A stretch of 64,000 nucleotides of DNA from Armatimonadota bacterium (lineage in GTDB: Bacteria; Armatimonadota; UBA10988). The notes beneath the pieces were generated by a model. That model worked only from the letters and a program-made list of their open reading frames with translations. It was not told the DNA's origin and made no database searches. Positions 36,797 to 45,282 of this stretch are shown here, in pieces. Positions within the stretch are counted from its first letter, which is position 1, and every line of letters begins with the position of its first letter. The position numbers were made by a program, and so were the translations under genes. The stretch lies in NCBI GenBank assembly GCA_016235455.1, contig JACRKZ010000069.1:19775-83774 (forward strand), given 5' to 3'.

Positions 36797-37126
36797 TCAG
36801 CGAGTCGCGTCGATGCGGCTGGGGCGCGGCGTGGGGTCTGTGGCCGGGGCTGGCGTCAGGTGGCCCATGGCGATGGCCAACGAGAGCTCGGTCAGCGTCA
36901 GGTCGCGGAAGCTGGCGCCGTTGTCGTGGGTGATGCTGATCGTCTGGCGCGGATCGAGCCCGGCCAGGTGGGCGCGCAGGTCGTCCACGCCGACTCGTCG
37001 CGGCAGGCCGTGGTCGACCAGCGCGATGCCTCGCCCATTGATCAGCCAGATGCTGGTCTCGGTGTCGATCTGCGCCTCCGCGTCCTGGTCGCGGCACCAG
37101 TCGAGCAGTTCCTCTGGTTCTATCAT
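36797..37126 (-). CDS. Hypothetical 109-aa acidic protein
   Basis: Clean ATG ORF with strong GC3 bias like neighbouring genes. I recognise no family. Weak AAAGG RBS. Confidence 0.5.
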   Translation of the reverse strand: MIEPEELLDWCRDQDAEAQIDTETSIWLINGRGIALVDHGLPRRVGVDDLRAHLAGLDPRQTISITHDNGASFRDLTLTELSLAIAMGHLTPAPATDPTPRPSRIDATR

Positions 37127-37215
37127 CCTTTGCGGGCCTCTTTCCCTTAAGCATAGGGCCCATGCGTAACGTCAACGCGAACCGCGTGTGATCCGCGCGT
37201 AGCGGCGGCCCAAAT

Positions 37216-37251
37216 GGGAACCGCCATCCGGCGAGCCGGATGGCGGTTCCC
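37216..37251 (-). terminator. Hairpin (16-bp perfect stem, 4-nt loop) after the lipoprotein gene
   Basis: GGGAACCGCCATCCGG cgag CCGGATGGCGGTTCCC. On the minus strand it is followed by AUUU. Confidence 0.55.
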
Positions 37252-37274
37252 AGACCTAGGAGGCCACTCAGCGC

Positions 37275-38153
37275 TTACGCACCGCCATGGGCCGCGGCAG
37301 CGGCCGGAGCGGCCGGCGCCGGCGTCTTGGCAGCCGGAGCCGCCGGCGCAGCCGGGGCGGCCGGAGCAGCCGACTTGGCAGCCGGAGCAGCAGGGGCAGC
37401 GGGGGCCGGAGCGGCCGGAGCGGCAGCCTTGGCGGCCGGAGCGGCCGGAGCAGCGGCAGCCGACGCCGCGGGGGCCGCGGGGGAGGCCGGCGCGGCAGCC
37501 GACGGCGCCGCCGGGGCAGCAGCGGCAGCCGGAGCAGCCGTCTTGCTGTCGGTCTTGGGCTCGGCGGCGGCAGCCACCAGGGCGAGGATGCTGCTGGTCT
37601 TGGGCTCGACGTTGGCGCCGGCCTTGACCATCTCCTCGACGGCCGCGACCAAGTTGGCCAGAATGTCCAAGCGGGCGTCCTTCTTGTCACCCAGAACGCT
37701 GTCCTTCAGGCGCGCGCTGTCCTTCTTCACCGCGTCCAGCAGCGCATAGGCCTGCTCGAGCATCTCGGTGGCCAATGCTTCGCTGGCCTTGAGCTCGGGC
37801 ATGACCGGCGCGGCCGGCACTTCGGCAGCCGGCGCAGCCGCGGCGGCTGGAGCTGCGGGCTTGGGGGCCGACTTGGCGATAGCGGAGGCCGGGATGGGAC
37901 CCTTGGCCTTGATGCCCTGCTTGGCCGAGAGGCCGAAGCTGGCCAACTGGGCGGCCTGCACCGTGCGGCTCATGCTCTCGGCGAGCAGCTTCTCCGCCTC
38001 GTCCTTCTGCATCTTGCTGGCGATCTTCTTCTTGGCGACCTTGGCCGGACTATCGGCGTCAAGCCCCGCGGGCGGGGTCTTGCTGCAGCCAGCGACCAAG
38101 ATCGACAACGCCAACGCCACCGTCGGCGCGGCAACGCGCGTGAAGAGCTTCAT
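37275..38153 (-). CDS. Lipoprotein with an Ala/Pro-rich low-complexity C-terminus
   Basis: ATG at 38153 lies 9 nt after AGGAAG. Lipobox LSILVAGCSK. Helical middle region, then a long AAPAAPAA tail. Confidence 0.7.
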   Translation of the reverse strand: MKLFTRVAAPTVALALSILVAGCSKTPPAGLDADSPAKVAKKKIASKMQKDEAEKLLAESMSRTVQAAQLASFGLSAKQGIKAKGPIPASAIAKSAPKPAAPAAAAAPAAEVPAAPVMPELKASEALATEMLEQAYALLDAVKKDSARLKDSVLGDKKDARLDILANLVAAVEEMVKAGANVEPKTSSILALVAAAAEPKTDSKTAAPAAAAAPAAPSAAAPASPAAPAASAAAAPAAPAAKAAAPAAPAPAAPAAPAAKSAAPAAPAAPAAPAAKTPAPAAPAAAAAHGGA

Positions 38154-38322
38154 GGTTTCCATCTTCCTGCCGCGGGCCCTCTGGCGGGGCGCCGGCGGCG
38201 ACATACGGACCGGTCGATGTCGATCCCTGACAGGTGTGCGACCGCCGCGGATCTCCCCAGGCCTAGCCTAGCCCGCCCGGCGTTACCCACCAGGTCGCCT
38301 CCCGACCGCAGGCGACGTATTG

Positions 38323-38351
38323 GAGTATACGGACCCCGCTTGCCGGTGTCA
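38323..38351 (-). promoter_or_regulatory. Near-consensus sigma-70 promoter TTGACA-N17-TATACT
   Basis: The minus strand reads TTGACA (38351-38346), then a 17-nt spacer, then TATACT (38328-38323). It points at the lipoprotein gene about 160 nt downstream. Confidence 0.6.
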
Positions 38352-38507
38352 ACGGATCACGACGTGGCATGACTCTGCGTTGGCCGGCCCAGGCGCCGGG
38401 TCCGGCGTGCCGCGACACTCGCTGCACCGACTCGCCGCCGCTGGCCCGCCGACTCGCGCCGCCGGCCGCGCCACACGATCAGAGGCCCGACCAGCGCCAA
38501 CTTGCGG

Positions 38508-38536
38508 TTGACAGATGCAAACGGGTGTTCCAGACT
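38508..38536 (+). promoter_or_regulatory. Possible sigma-70 promoter TTGACA-N17-CAGACT for the DinB-family gene
   Basis: Perfect -35 at 38508-38513. The -10 at 38531-38536 is weak (3 of 6). It lies 22 nt upstream of the ATG. Confidence 0.3.
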
Positions 38537-38558
38537 GGGTGTGGCAAGGAGACAGGAC

Positions 38559-39083
38559 ATGGACTGGAAGAGCCTGCTGGGCAGCCTGCTGGCCCGCGAG
38601 TACCGCGCGGCCGAGGGGTTGTTGGGCAAGTTGACCGACGCGGATCTGACCTGGAAGCCGGCGACCGAGAACAACTGGATGACCGCCGGGCAGTTGGCGC
38701 ACCACGTGGGCGATGCCTGTGGGATGCTGTTCGTCGGTTTCATCAGCGGTCAGTGGCCCTGCCCCGAGGGCGTTGACCCAGAGAACATGAAGCCCGAAGA
38801 CATGCTGCCGCCGGCCGAGAAGCTGCCGACGGTGGCGACCGTGGCCGAGGCGCTGGCGCGGCTGGCCGCTGATCGCGAAGCGGCGCTGGCGGCGTTGGCC
38901 GGGTGCGATGACAGCCGTTTCGGCGATCCGACGCCGGCGGCCTGGGATCCGACGCCGATCCCGCTGGGCGAGCGGCTGCTGCAGGGCGTGGAGCATCTGG
39001 CCAGCCACAAGACGCAGTTGTTCTACTACCTCAAGCTGCGCGGCGTGCCGGTGCACACCGGTGATCTGTGGGGCATGGCGTAG
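38559..39083 (+). CDS. DinB-family (DinB_2) four-helix-bundle protein
   Basis: ATG at 38559 lies 8 nt after AAGGAG. LTWKPATENNWMTAGQLAHHV...EHLASHKTQLFYYLKL is a typical DinB His-triad context. Confidence 0.7.
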   Translation: MDWKSLLGSLLAREYRAAEGLLGKLTDADLTWKPATENNWMTAGQLAHHVGDACGMLFVGFISGQWPCPEGVDPENMKPEDMLPPAEKLPTVATVAEALARLAADREAALAALAGCDDSRFGDPTPAAWDPTPIPLGERLLQGVEHLASHKTQLFYYLKLRGVPVHTGDLWGMA

Positions 39084-42000
39084 CTACGGGTTGACCAGCC
39101 GCCCGTCGCCCGTACGCACGAGCCGCGTGGGGGCGACGGCGGCTGGCGCCAGCCCGGTCTGCGGGCGCGGGCTGCCCAGCACGACGCGGCCCGGCAGGGA
39201 GAGTGTCGGCGTCTGGGCGGGTGCCTGGGCCGGCAATATCACGCGGGTCATGGGGATGGGCAGCAGGTCGGCTGGCGGCGCGAGCGGGTCGAGCAGGCCC
39301 GACCAAGCGCCCCACAGGCCGGGCATCACATCCACCGGGGCGGAGGCCAGGCGCGGCGTCTCGCCGTTGGTGGTCAGCCAGCCGGTGACCAGCGGCGCGA
39401 GCGGCGGCATGGGCGGCAGGCCCATGGCCAGCGCGATGCGGTCCGGCGTGATCATGTCCGGCTCGAGCGCCATGCCGCCGGCCGCCGGCTCGGTAAGCAC
39501 GCCGAGCAGTGGGATGGTGGTCAGCGGCGGAGCGGCGGCCTGCGGCGCGTCCGTCGGGCGGAGCGGCGCCGCGGTGCGCACGGGCTGCGGCAGCGGCCGG
39601 GGCGGCGTCAGCCGGGCTGGGGCCTCGGCCGGCCGCGCCACCGGCGCCTCCGCCGGCTGTGCCAGAGGCAGGCTCGGCGGTTGCGGCGTCGGGCGGGCCG
39701 GCGGCTGCGCCGTGGGTTGGGTTGGCGGTGGAGCTGTGGGCGGTGCGACGGGCAGCGCGGTCGACCGGCTCGGCGACGCGACCACGGGAGCTTGCGCGGC
39801 GCGCGGCGCGACTGGCGTCGCCGGTGCCGGCAGGGCGCCTTGCGTGCGCGGCGTCGGGTCGGGGCGCGGCATGGGCTTGGGTTCGGGCGCGGCGGGCTTG
39901 GGCGCCGGGGGCTTCTCGCTGCCCATTTGCTCCTGGCTGCGGATGTACTCGCGCAGCGCCGGGAACTCGGTATCCAACTGCTGCTGGCGCTGCTCGCTGA
40001 TGTTGCGCAGTTGCTCCTCGGTGGTCACCACGAACGGTGTAAGGAAGACCATCAGCTCGGTGCGCTCCTGGTGGTCCTTGGTGGAGCGGAAGAGCGGGCC
40101 GATGATGGGCAGGTCCTGGAGGAACGGCACGCCGGTGCGCTGCTTGTCCACCTTGTCGCGGATGATGCCACCGATGACCACCGTCTGGCCGCTTTCGACC
40201 ATGACATCGGTGGTGGCGCGTCGCGTGGCGATGAGCGGCAGGTCGAAGTTGCCCTGCCTGACCGTGCCGGTCAGCTCATCGATCTGCTGGTCCACGCTGA
40301 GTGTGACCATCTGGCTGCCCAGGCTGACGCGCGGCAAGACATCCAGCTTGACCACGATGTCTTTCAGATCGAAGTTGGCCACGACGTTGCCGTTGTTGCC
40401 TTCGCTCTGGCTGGAGGGGAACGGGAAGCGCTGGCCGATGCTGATGCTGGCCTGCTTGTTGTTCACGCCGGTGACGTGCGGCGTAGACAGCACCTTGACC
40501 CGCTGCTTGTCCGAGAGTGCCTTGAGCAGCGCCGAGAACTCGTCGTGGACCAGGGCGTAGCGGATGCCCTGGGTGACGTTCTGATTGAGGTTGAGGTTGG
40601 TCGCGGCGGTATCGCCCTTGAGCGGGGCGTGGGTCCACGACAGCTCCACGCCGAGGTTCTGCGTGTCGTTGAGCGTGACATCGGCGATGATCACCGAGAT
40701 GTAGACCTGTGCCTGGGGCTGGTCTAGCCCAGACACGAGGCGGCGCACGGTGGGCAGCGACTCGGCGGGTCCGCTGACTATCAGCGAGTTGGATGTCTCT
40801 TCGGCCACGACGGTCACGTCGCGCAACTGCTGCAGCGGGCTGTCGGTCGAGCGCTGGTCGCCGAACACGAAGAACATCCAGCCGCGGTCGTTGTTGCTGC
40901 CGCGCAGCAAGCGGCTCAGGCTGGCCTGTACGGTGGAAGCCTTGGCGAACTCGAGCGGGATGACCTCGACCACGTCCTGCACCTGGCTGGGCTGGTCCAT
41001 GCTCTTGATCAGCTCCTCGTAGATGCGCTGATTCTCGGGCGTGGCGGTGATCAGCAGGCTGTTGGTGCGCAGGTCGGGCACCACCAGGTTCTCCTTGAGG
41101 CTGGTGAACCCGCGGTCGGGCTGATTCTCCTCGTTCTGGCCCCAGCGCCGGAACCAAGAGGGCATGCGGCTGGCGCCGCCTTCGGGCTGCTGGAAGAGCT
41201 GGTTGAGGCTGCTGGAGATCTGCGCCGCGTCGGCGAACTGGAGTTGGTAGCGCTTGAAGACCACCTGCCGGCTGACATCCTGGTCGAGCTGGGTGATGGT
41301 CTCGCGCAGCGTCTTGAGCGTCTCCGGCGGGCCGTAGAGCACCAGTGAGTTGGTGCGCACATCGGCCGTGATCTTGACGGTGTCCGTGGCCTTGATGCCG
41401 CCCGCCTGCAGCATCTGCATCATGCCTTCGCCGCCACCGGGCATGCCGCCCATGCCGCCGCGGCCTCCGCCTCCGCCCTGCAACTGCTGTCGCAGTGCGG
41501 CCAGCGGGTTGGCGAACATGTCGTTGAGCAGCTTCTGCACTTCGGTCGCGTTGGCGTGGACCAGGCGCACCACTTCCACGGCGCGGCGGTCGTCGGGCAC
41601 CTTGTCGACCAGTGCGATGATCTCCAACATGCGCTTGATGTTGATGCCGGTGTCGGTGATGACGAGGTTGTTCGAGTCCTCGAGCGTGACGATGCTGGCG
41701 TGTTCCTTGTTGAGCAGCGGCTTGAGGGTCTCGCCCAGCGTGCGTGCGGGCAGGTACTTGATTTCGACCACCTGGGTGACGATCTGGATGTTGGCCGGCA
41801 CCGTGGCGGGGTCGTTGCCCTGCTGCACGATGGTGCCCTGGTTGGCGGCGTCACGGCGCGGCCAGATCTCCAGGATCTTGGTCTTGTCGTCCAGCCCGCC
41901 GATCAGCGTGAAGCCATGCACGTTGAGTGCGGTGCGCATGATCTCCAGGCTCTCGGCCGGCGTGACTTCCTTGGCCGAGATGACTGTGATGCTGCCCTGC

Positions 42001-42425
42001 AGGCTGGGGTGGATGGCGATCGTCTTGCCCCAGATGGTGGACAGCGCGCGCAGTACGGCGCCGATATCGGCGTTCTCGAAGGTCATCGAGATGAGGCCCT
42101 TGGCCTCCTTGGGCAGGTTCTCGGGATCGAACGGGCGTGTCTTGCCGCTGTTGCCAGGGCTGCCACCACTGTCCGGTGTCTTCTGCGGGCCGTCGGAGCC
42201 GGGCACCGGCGCGGCGCCGGGTGGCGGCGTCATACCGGGCGGCATGGTCATGCCCGGCGGCATGGTCATGCCCGGCGGCATGCCGGCGCCGTCTGGTCGA
42301 CGTCGCCCGCTCCAGCCCCCCGGCGGCTGCGCCGCGACGGGCAGGGCCAGCGCGGCCATCAGCGTCACAGCGAGCCCTGCCCTCAGGACTCGTGTACGCC
42401 TGGTGTATGGACACTGCCTACCCAA
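39084..42425 (-). CDS. gspD: Type II secretion system secretin GspD-like, with a long Pro/Ala-rich C-terminal extension
   Basis: TTG at 42425 lies 6 nt after GAGGGAG and overlaps the upstream stop. Signal RRTRVLRAGLAVTLMAALALPVAAQ. N0 domain MTFENADIGAVLRALS. Secretin core VVIGGIIRD...GVPFLQDLPIIGPLFRS...ELMVFLTPFVV. Confidence 0.85.
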   Translation of the reverse strand: MGRQCPYTRRTRVLRAGLAVTLMAALALPVAAQPPGGWSGRRRPDGAGMPPGMTMPPGMTMPPGMTPPPGAAPVPGSDGPQKTPDSGGSPGNSGKTRPFDPENLPKEAKGLISMTFENADIGAVLRALSTIWGKTIAIHPSLQGSITVISAKEVTPAESLEIMRTALNVHGFTLIGGLDDKTKILEIWPRRDAANQGTIVQQGNDPATVPANIQIVTQVVEIKYLPARTLGETLKPLLNKEHASIVTLEDSNNLVITDTGINIKRMLEIIALVDKVPDDRRAVEVVRLVHANATEVQKLLNDMFANPLAALRQQLQGGGGGRGGMGGMPGGGEGMMQMLQAGGIKATDTVKITADVRTNSLVLYGPPETLKTLRETITQLDQDVSRQVVFKRYQLQFADAAQISSSLNQLFQQPEGGASRMPSWFRRWGQNEENQPDRGFTSLKENLVVPDLRTNSLLITATPENQRIYEELIKSMDQPSQVQDVVEVIPLEFAKASTVQASLSRLLRGSNNDRGWMFFVFGDQRSTDSPLQQLRDVTVVAEETSNSLIVSGPAESLPTVRRLVSGLDQPQAQVYISVIIADVTLNDTQNLGVELSWTHAPLKGDTAATNLNLNQNVTQGIRYALVHDEFSALLKALSDKQRVKVLSTPHVTGVNNKQASISIGQRFPFPSSQSEGNNGNVVANFDLKDIVVKLDVLPRVSLGSQMVTLSVDQQIDELTGTVRQGNFDLPLIATRRATTDVMVESGQTVVIGGIIRDKVDKQRTGVPFLQDLPIIGPLFRSTKDHQERTELMVFLTPFVVTTEEQLRNISEQRQQQLDTEFPALREYIRSQEQMGSEKPPAPKPAAPEPKPMPRPDPTPRTQGALPAPATPVAPRAAQAPVVASPSRSTALPVAPPTAPPPTQPTAQPPARPTPQPPSLPLAQPAEAPVARPAEAPARLTPPRPLPQPVRTAAPLRPTDAPQAAAPPLTTIPLLGVLTEPAAGGMALEPDMITPDRIALAMGLPPMPPLAPLVTGWLTTNGETPRLASAPVDVMPGLWGAWSGLLDPLAPPADLLPIPMTRVILPAQAPAQTPTLSLPGRVVLGSPRPQTGLAPAAVAPTRLVRTGDGRLVNP

Positions 42426-43179
42426 CTTCGTCTCCCTCACCACCGTCACCACCCTCGTCACCGCCGGCTTTGGCGCCGCCGCCACCACCACCACCGTCGG
42501 AGTAGCCGCTCCTCAGCGGTTCGACTCTCCGCTTGTCACCCAGTTTCAGCGTCAGCGTCTTGCCCATCACCGGATCGGTGGCCGATAGGCCGACGCGGCC
42601 GGCTTTGGCGTCGATGTACGTCACCTGCCAGCCCCACGCCGACTCCCCGACACCCATGATGCGAGACGTGCCGTAGCGCGTGTTTTCGATGACCGCCTTG
42701 GTGCCGCCCAGCCGCATGATGCCCGTGAGGGCCAGGGGCGGCTTGGCGGCCGGCGGCGGCACCGCGGCGGGTGGCTGCGGCTTGACCGGCGGCTGCGTCA
42801 CTGGGCGCGTCGGCCCGACGGGCAGCACTGGTGGGATGATCGACGGGATCGGGCCCAGGTCGATCCTGGCTGACCGAGCCGGGCTGGCCGGCGTGCGCGT
42901 CGGCGCGGTGACCAACGGCGTGAACAGTTTGCGATCGACAATCAGCTTGTACTCGGGCGGGATGCTGCCGATGGGCAGCGAACTGACGAATGCCGAGGCT
43001 GGGGCCCGACTGGGAGTTGTGGCCGGCCCGACGGCCTTGTTGCCGGTGCCGGCTGGGCTGCGGGCCTCCAACGGCGGCTCTCCCGGTGCGTTGATGCGCC
43101 GCAGCGCGACGATGCAACCCATGCACAGCAGCGCCGAGAAGACGGCCAGGATGACCAGATCGCGGTTGGTCACTTTCAT
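42418..43179 (-). CDS. GspC/PilP-like bitopic secretin-associated protein
   Basis: N-terminal transmembrane segment LVILAVFSALLCMGCIVAL, Pro-rich linker, small beta-rich C-domain and Gly/Asp/Glu tail. Position is between the GspM-like gene and the secretin. Confidence 0.5.
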   Translation of the reverse strand: MKVTNRDLVILAVFSALLCMGCIVALRRINAPGEPPLEARSPAGTGNKAVGPATTPSRAPASAFVSSLPIGSIPPEYKLIVDRKLFTPLVTAPTRTPASPARSARIDLGPIPSIIPPVLPVGPTRPVTQPPVKPQPPAAVPPPAAKPPLALTGIMRLGGTKAVIENTRYGTSRIMGVGESAWGWQVTYIDAKAGRVGLSATDPVMGKTLTLKLGDKRRVEPLRSGYSDGGGGGGGAKAGGDEGGDGGEGDEVG

Positions 43180-43820
43180 GGCGTCTTCTCTCCCTCAGCA
43201 GCGCCAGCGGGGCCAGCGCTGGTGCTGCCGTTGGTCTTGCGCCGCTCGGCGGCCTTCTTGGCCTGGGCCTGGGCCAGTTCGCGCCGCGTCGCGCGGTCGG
43301 CGATGCCAAACGAGGTCAGCTGCACCTGCATGGTCAACGGCCGCTCGGCCGCGTCGCGCCGGCGCACGGTCAGCCGGTCGATGCCGACCACGTTGGCCGA
43401 GGCCTGGATCTGGGCCAGGAAGGCCACCACGCCTTGCGTGTCGCCGGCCAGGTTGACCGTCACGCCGAACTTCAGCAGTCCGTCCTCGGTGAGCACCTCG
43501 GGCTTGGGCGCAACGCTTTCCACCTTCAACTGGCAGCCGGAAGCCAGACCCTCGAGCCGGCTGTAGAACGCCGCCGCGGCCATGCTGCGCTCGCCCGCCT
43601 CAAGTGGCATGCCGTAGGCGTCGAGCAGATCGCTCAGTTCGGCGCGGCCGCCACTGCGTTCGCGGATCTCTTTGTCCAGCCCGTCGGCCTCGGCGCGCAG
43701 CGTGGCGATCTCGTCGGCCATGCGTGTGTACGGGCCGAAGAGCGGTTCGCGGAGCAGGATCAGCCCCACGACCAACGAGGCGAGTAGCAGGGCCAGGTAG
43801 AGCGGAGTGCGTTCGCTCAT
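43176..43820 (-). CDS. GspM/PilO-like assembly-platform protein
   Basis: ATG at 43820 overlaps the upstream stop (ATGA). Transmembrane segment LYLALLLASLVVGLILL, a coiled coil, then a ferredoxin-like domain. The rest of track ORF 43176..44861 is a shadow. Confidence 0.55.
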   Translation of the reverse strand: MSERTPLYLALLLASLVVGLILLREPLFGPYTRMADEIATLRAEADGLDKEIRERSGGRAELSDLLDAYGMPLEAGERSMAAAAFYSRLEGLASGCQLKVESVAPKPEVLTEDGLLKFGVTVNLAGDTQGVVAFLAQIQASANVVGIDRLTVRRRDAAERPLTMQVQLTSFGIADRATRRELAQAQAKKAAERRKTNGSTSAGPAGAAEGEKTP

Positions 43821-45232
43821 CGCCCGGCCTCCGCGCTCTTGGTCGCCTTCTTGGCGCGGTCCGCGCGCGCCGTGCAGGTCACCTGGAAGTTGTACAGGGT
43901 CTCCTTGCCCACGCTCACGGCGTCGTAGGAGTCCAGCCGCGCCGGCTCGAAACGGCCGGTGTCGTTGAGCGCGGTCATCACCGCGGTGACCAGGGCGGCG
44001 CCGCGGGCCTGGCCACGCAGCGTCACGCCGCGCACGGCATCGCAGCTCCACTCCTCGAGGGCGACGCCGTCGGGCAGCCGCTCGGCCAGCTGGCGCAGCA
44101 CATCCAGCCAGGCGCTCTGCGCGTGGACGCGATCGCGTGTGGCGGCCAGCGTGTCGATGAACAGCGCCGATTCGCCGCCGGCCAGCTCGAGATTGGAGCG
44201 CAGGCGCTTGACCTTGGCCTCGGCCGCCGCCAACTCGGCCTGGCGCCCATGGTAGGCACTGATGAACCAGCCTACGCCGACCGCCGCCAGCAGCAGCACG
44301 CCGACGATACCCCAAGTGGCGGGTGCCATCCGGCGGCGCTGCACCTCGGCGGCCGTGGGCACGCGGCGGCGCAGATTGAGCGGCAGCGGCACGTCGCCGC
44401 CCTGCATCATGAGCCCGGTGGCCACGGCGTAGCCGGCCGACTGGTCGGTACCGGGTAGCGACGCGCCGAGTGACGCCCACGGGTCGGCCACCTGGCAGTC
44501 GATGCCCTGCGCGGCCAGGGCCGTGACGGCGGCCGTGGCGCCCGCGCCACACACCAGCACCTGGCCGACCACTTCGCCGGTAGCACCCGCATGGCTCTGC
44601 AACGAACGGCGCAGTTCCGGCCCGACCGCCTCCAGCTCGGACGGCACCACGCGCACCTGGCGCAGCCGGCCCAGCGCGTCGAGCAGCACCAGTTCGCCGC
44701 GCTCGTCGCCGATGAGCAGCACGGCGGTGGCCTGGCCGGCGGCGCGGGCCGCGGGACCGTAGAGGTTGGCCAATGCGATGGCGCCGAGGTTGACCGCGCG
44801 GGGCACGAGATGCTGGTCGGCGAGCGGCTGGAGCAGCTCCCGCAGGCGCTCGGCGCGACACACCGCCACGGCCAGCAGGGAGTCGCCGCTGGCGGTGGAC
44901 GGATCCACGACCGCCCAGCCAAAGTCGAGACTGTCGGCGGGCAGGCCAAAGTGGCTTTCGGCCTCGGTGCGGGCCAGGCGAGCGAGGTTGTCCTCGGTGG
45001 TGGCGGGGAAGCTGACCAGGCGCACGTTGCTGTCGGTCAGGCTCAGACCGACCACCACTTGCGCACCGCGCGCGTGCGTCTCCACGAAGGCGGCCAAAGC
45101 CGCGCGGCGGGGGCCCGGCTCAGCCGGCATCGCCGCCACCACGGCTTCCAACAAGTGCCAGCGGCCCCGACGCTGCTCGCCAATGACGGCGCGCGCCTCA
45201 CCGTGGCCCAGTTCCAGCCCGACCGTTCGCAT
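43817..45232 (-). CDS. GspL-like protein (PilM actin-like domain fused to a PilN-like transmembrane and periplasmic domain)
   Basis: N-terminal ~290 aa is PilM/GspL cytoplasmic-like (VGLELGHGEARAV...VLVCGAGA). Then transmembrane segment WGIVGVLLLAAVGVGWFI and a PilN-like coiled coil. Confidence 0.65.
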   Translation of the reverse strand: MRTVGLELGHGEARAVIGEQRRGRWHLLEAVVAAMPAEPGPRRAALAAFVETHARGAQVVVGLSLTDSNVRLVSFPATTEDNLARLARTEAESHFGLPADSLDFGWAVVDPSTASGDSLLAVAVCRAERLRELLQPLADQHLVPRAVNLGAIALANLYGPAARAAGQATAVLLIGDERGELVLLDALGRLRQVRVVPSELEAVGPELRRSLQSHAGATGEVVGQVLVCGAGATAAVTALAAQGIDCQVADPWASLGASLPGTDQSAGYAVATGLMMQGGDVPLPLNLRRRVPTAAEVQRRRMAPATWGIVGVLLLAAVGVGWFISAYHGRQAELAAAEAKVKRLRSNLELAGGESALFIDTLAATRDRVHAQSAWLDVLRQLAERLPDGVALEEWSCDAVRGVTLRGQARGAALVTAVMTALNDTGRFEPARLDSYDAVSVGKETLYNFQVTCTARADRAKKATKSAEAGR

Positions 45233-45282
45233 CTAGAACGCCTCACCCCGTCCGACCAACGAGACTGAGCGTTCGCCGCGCG

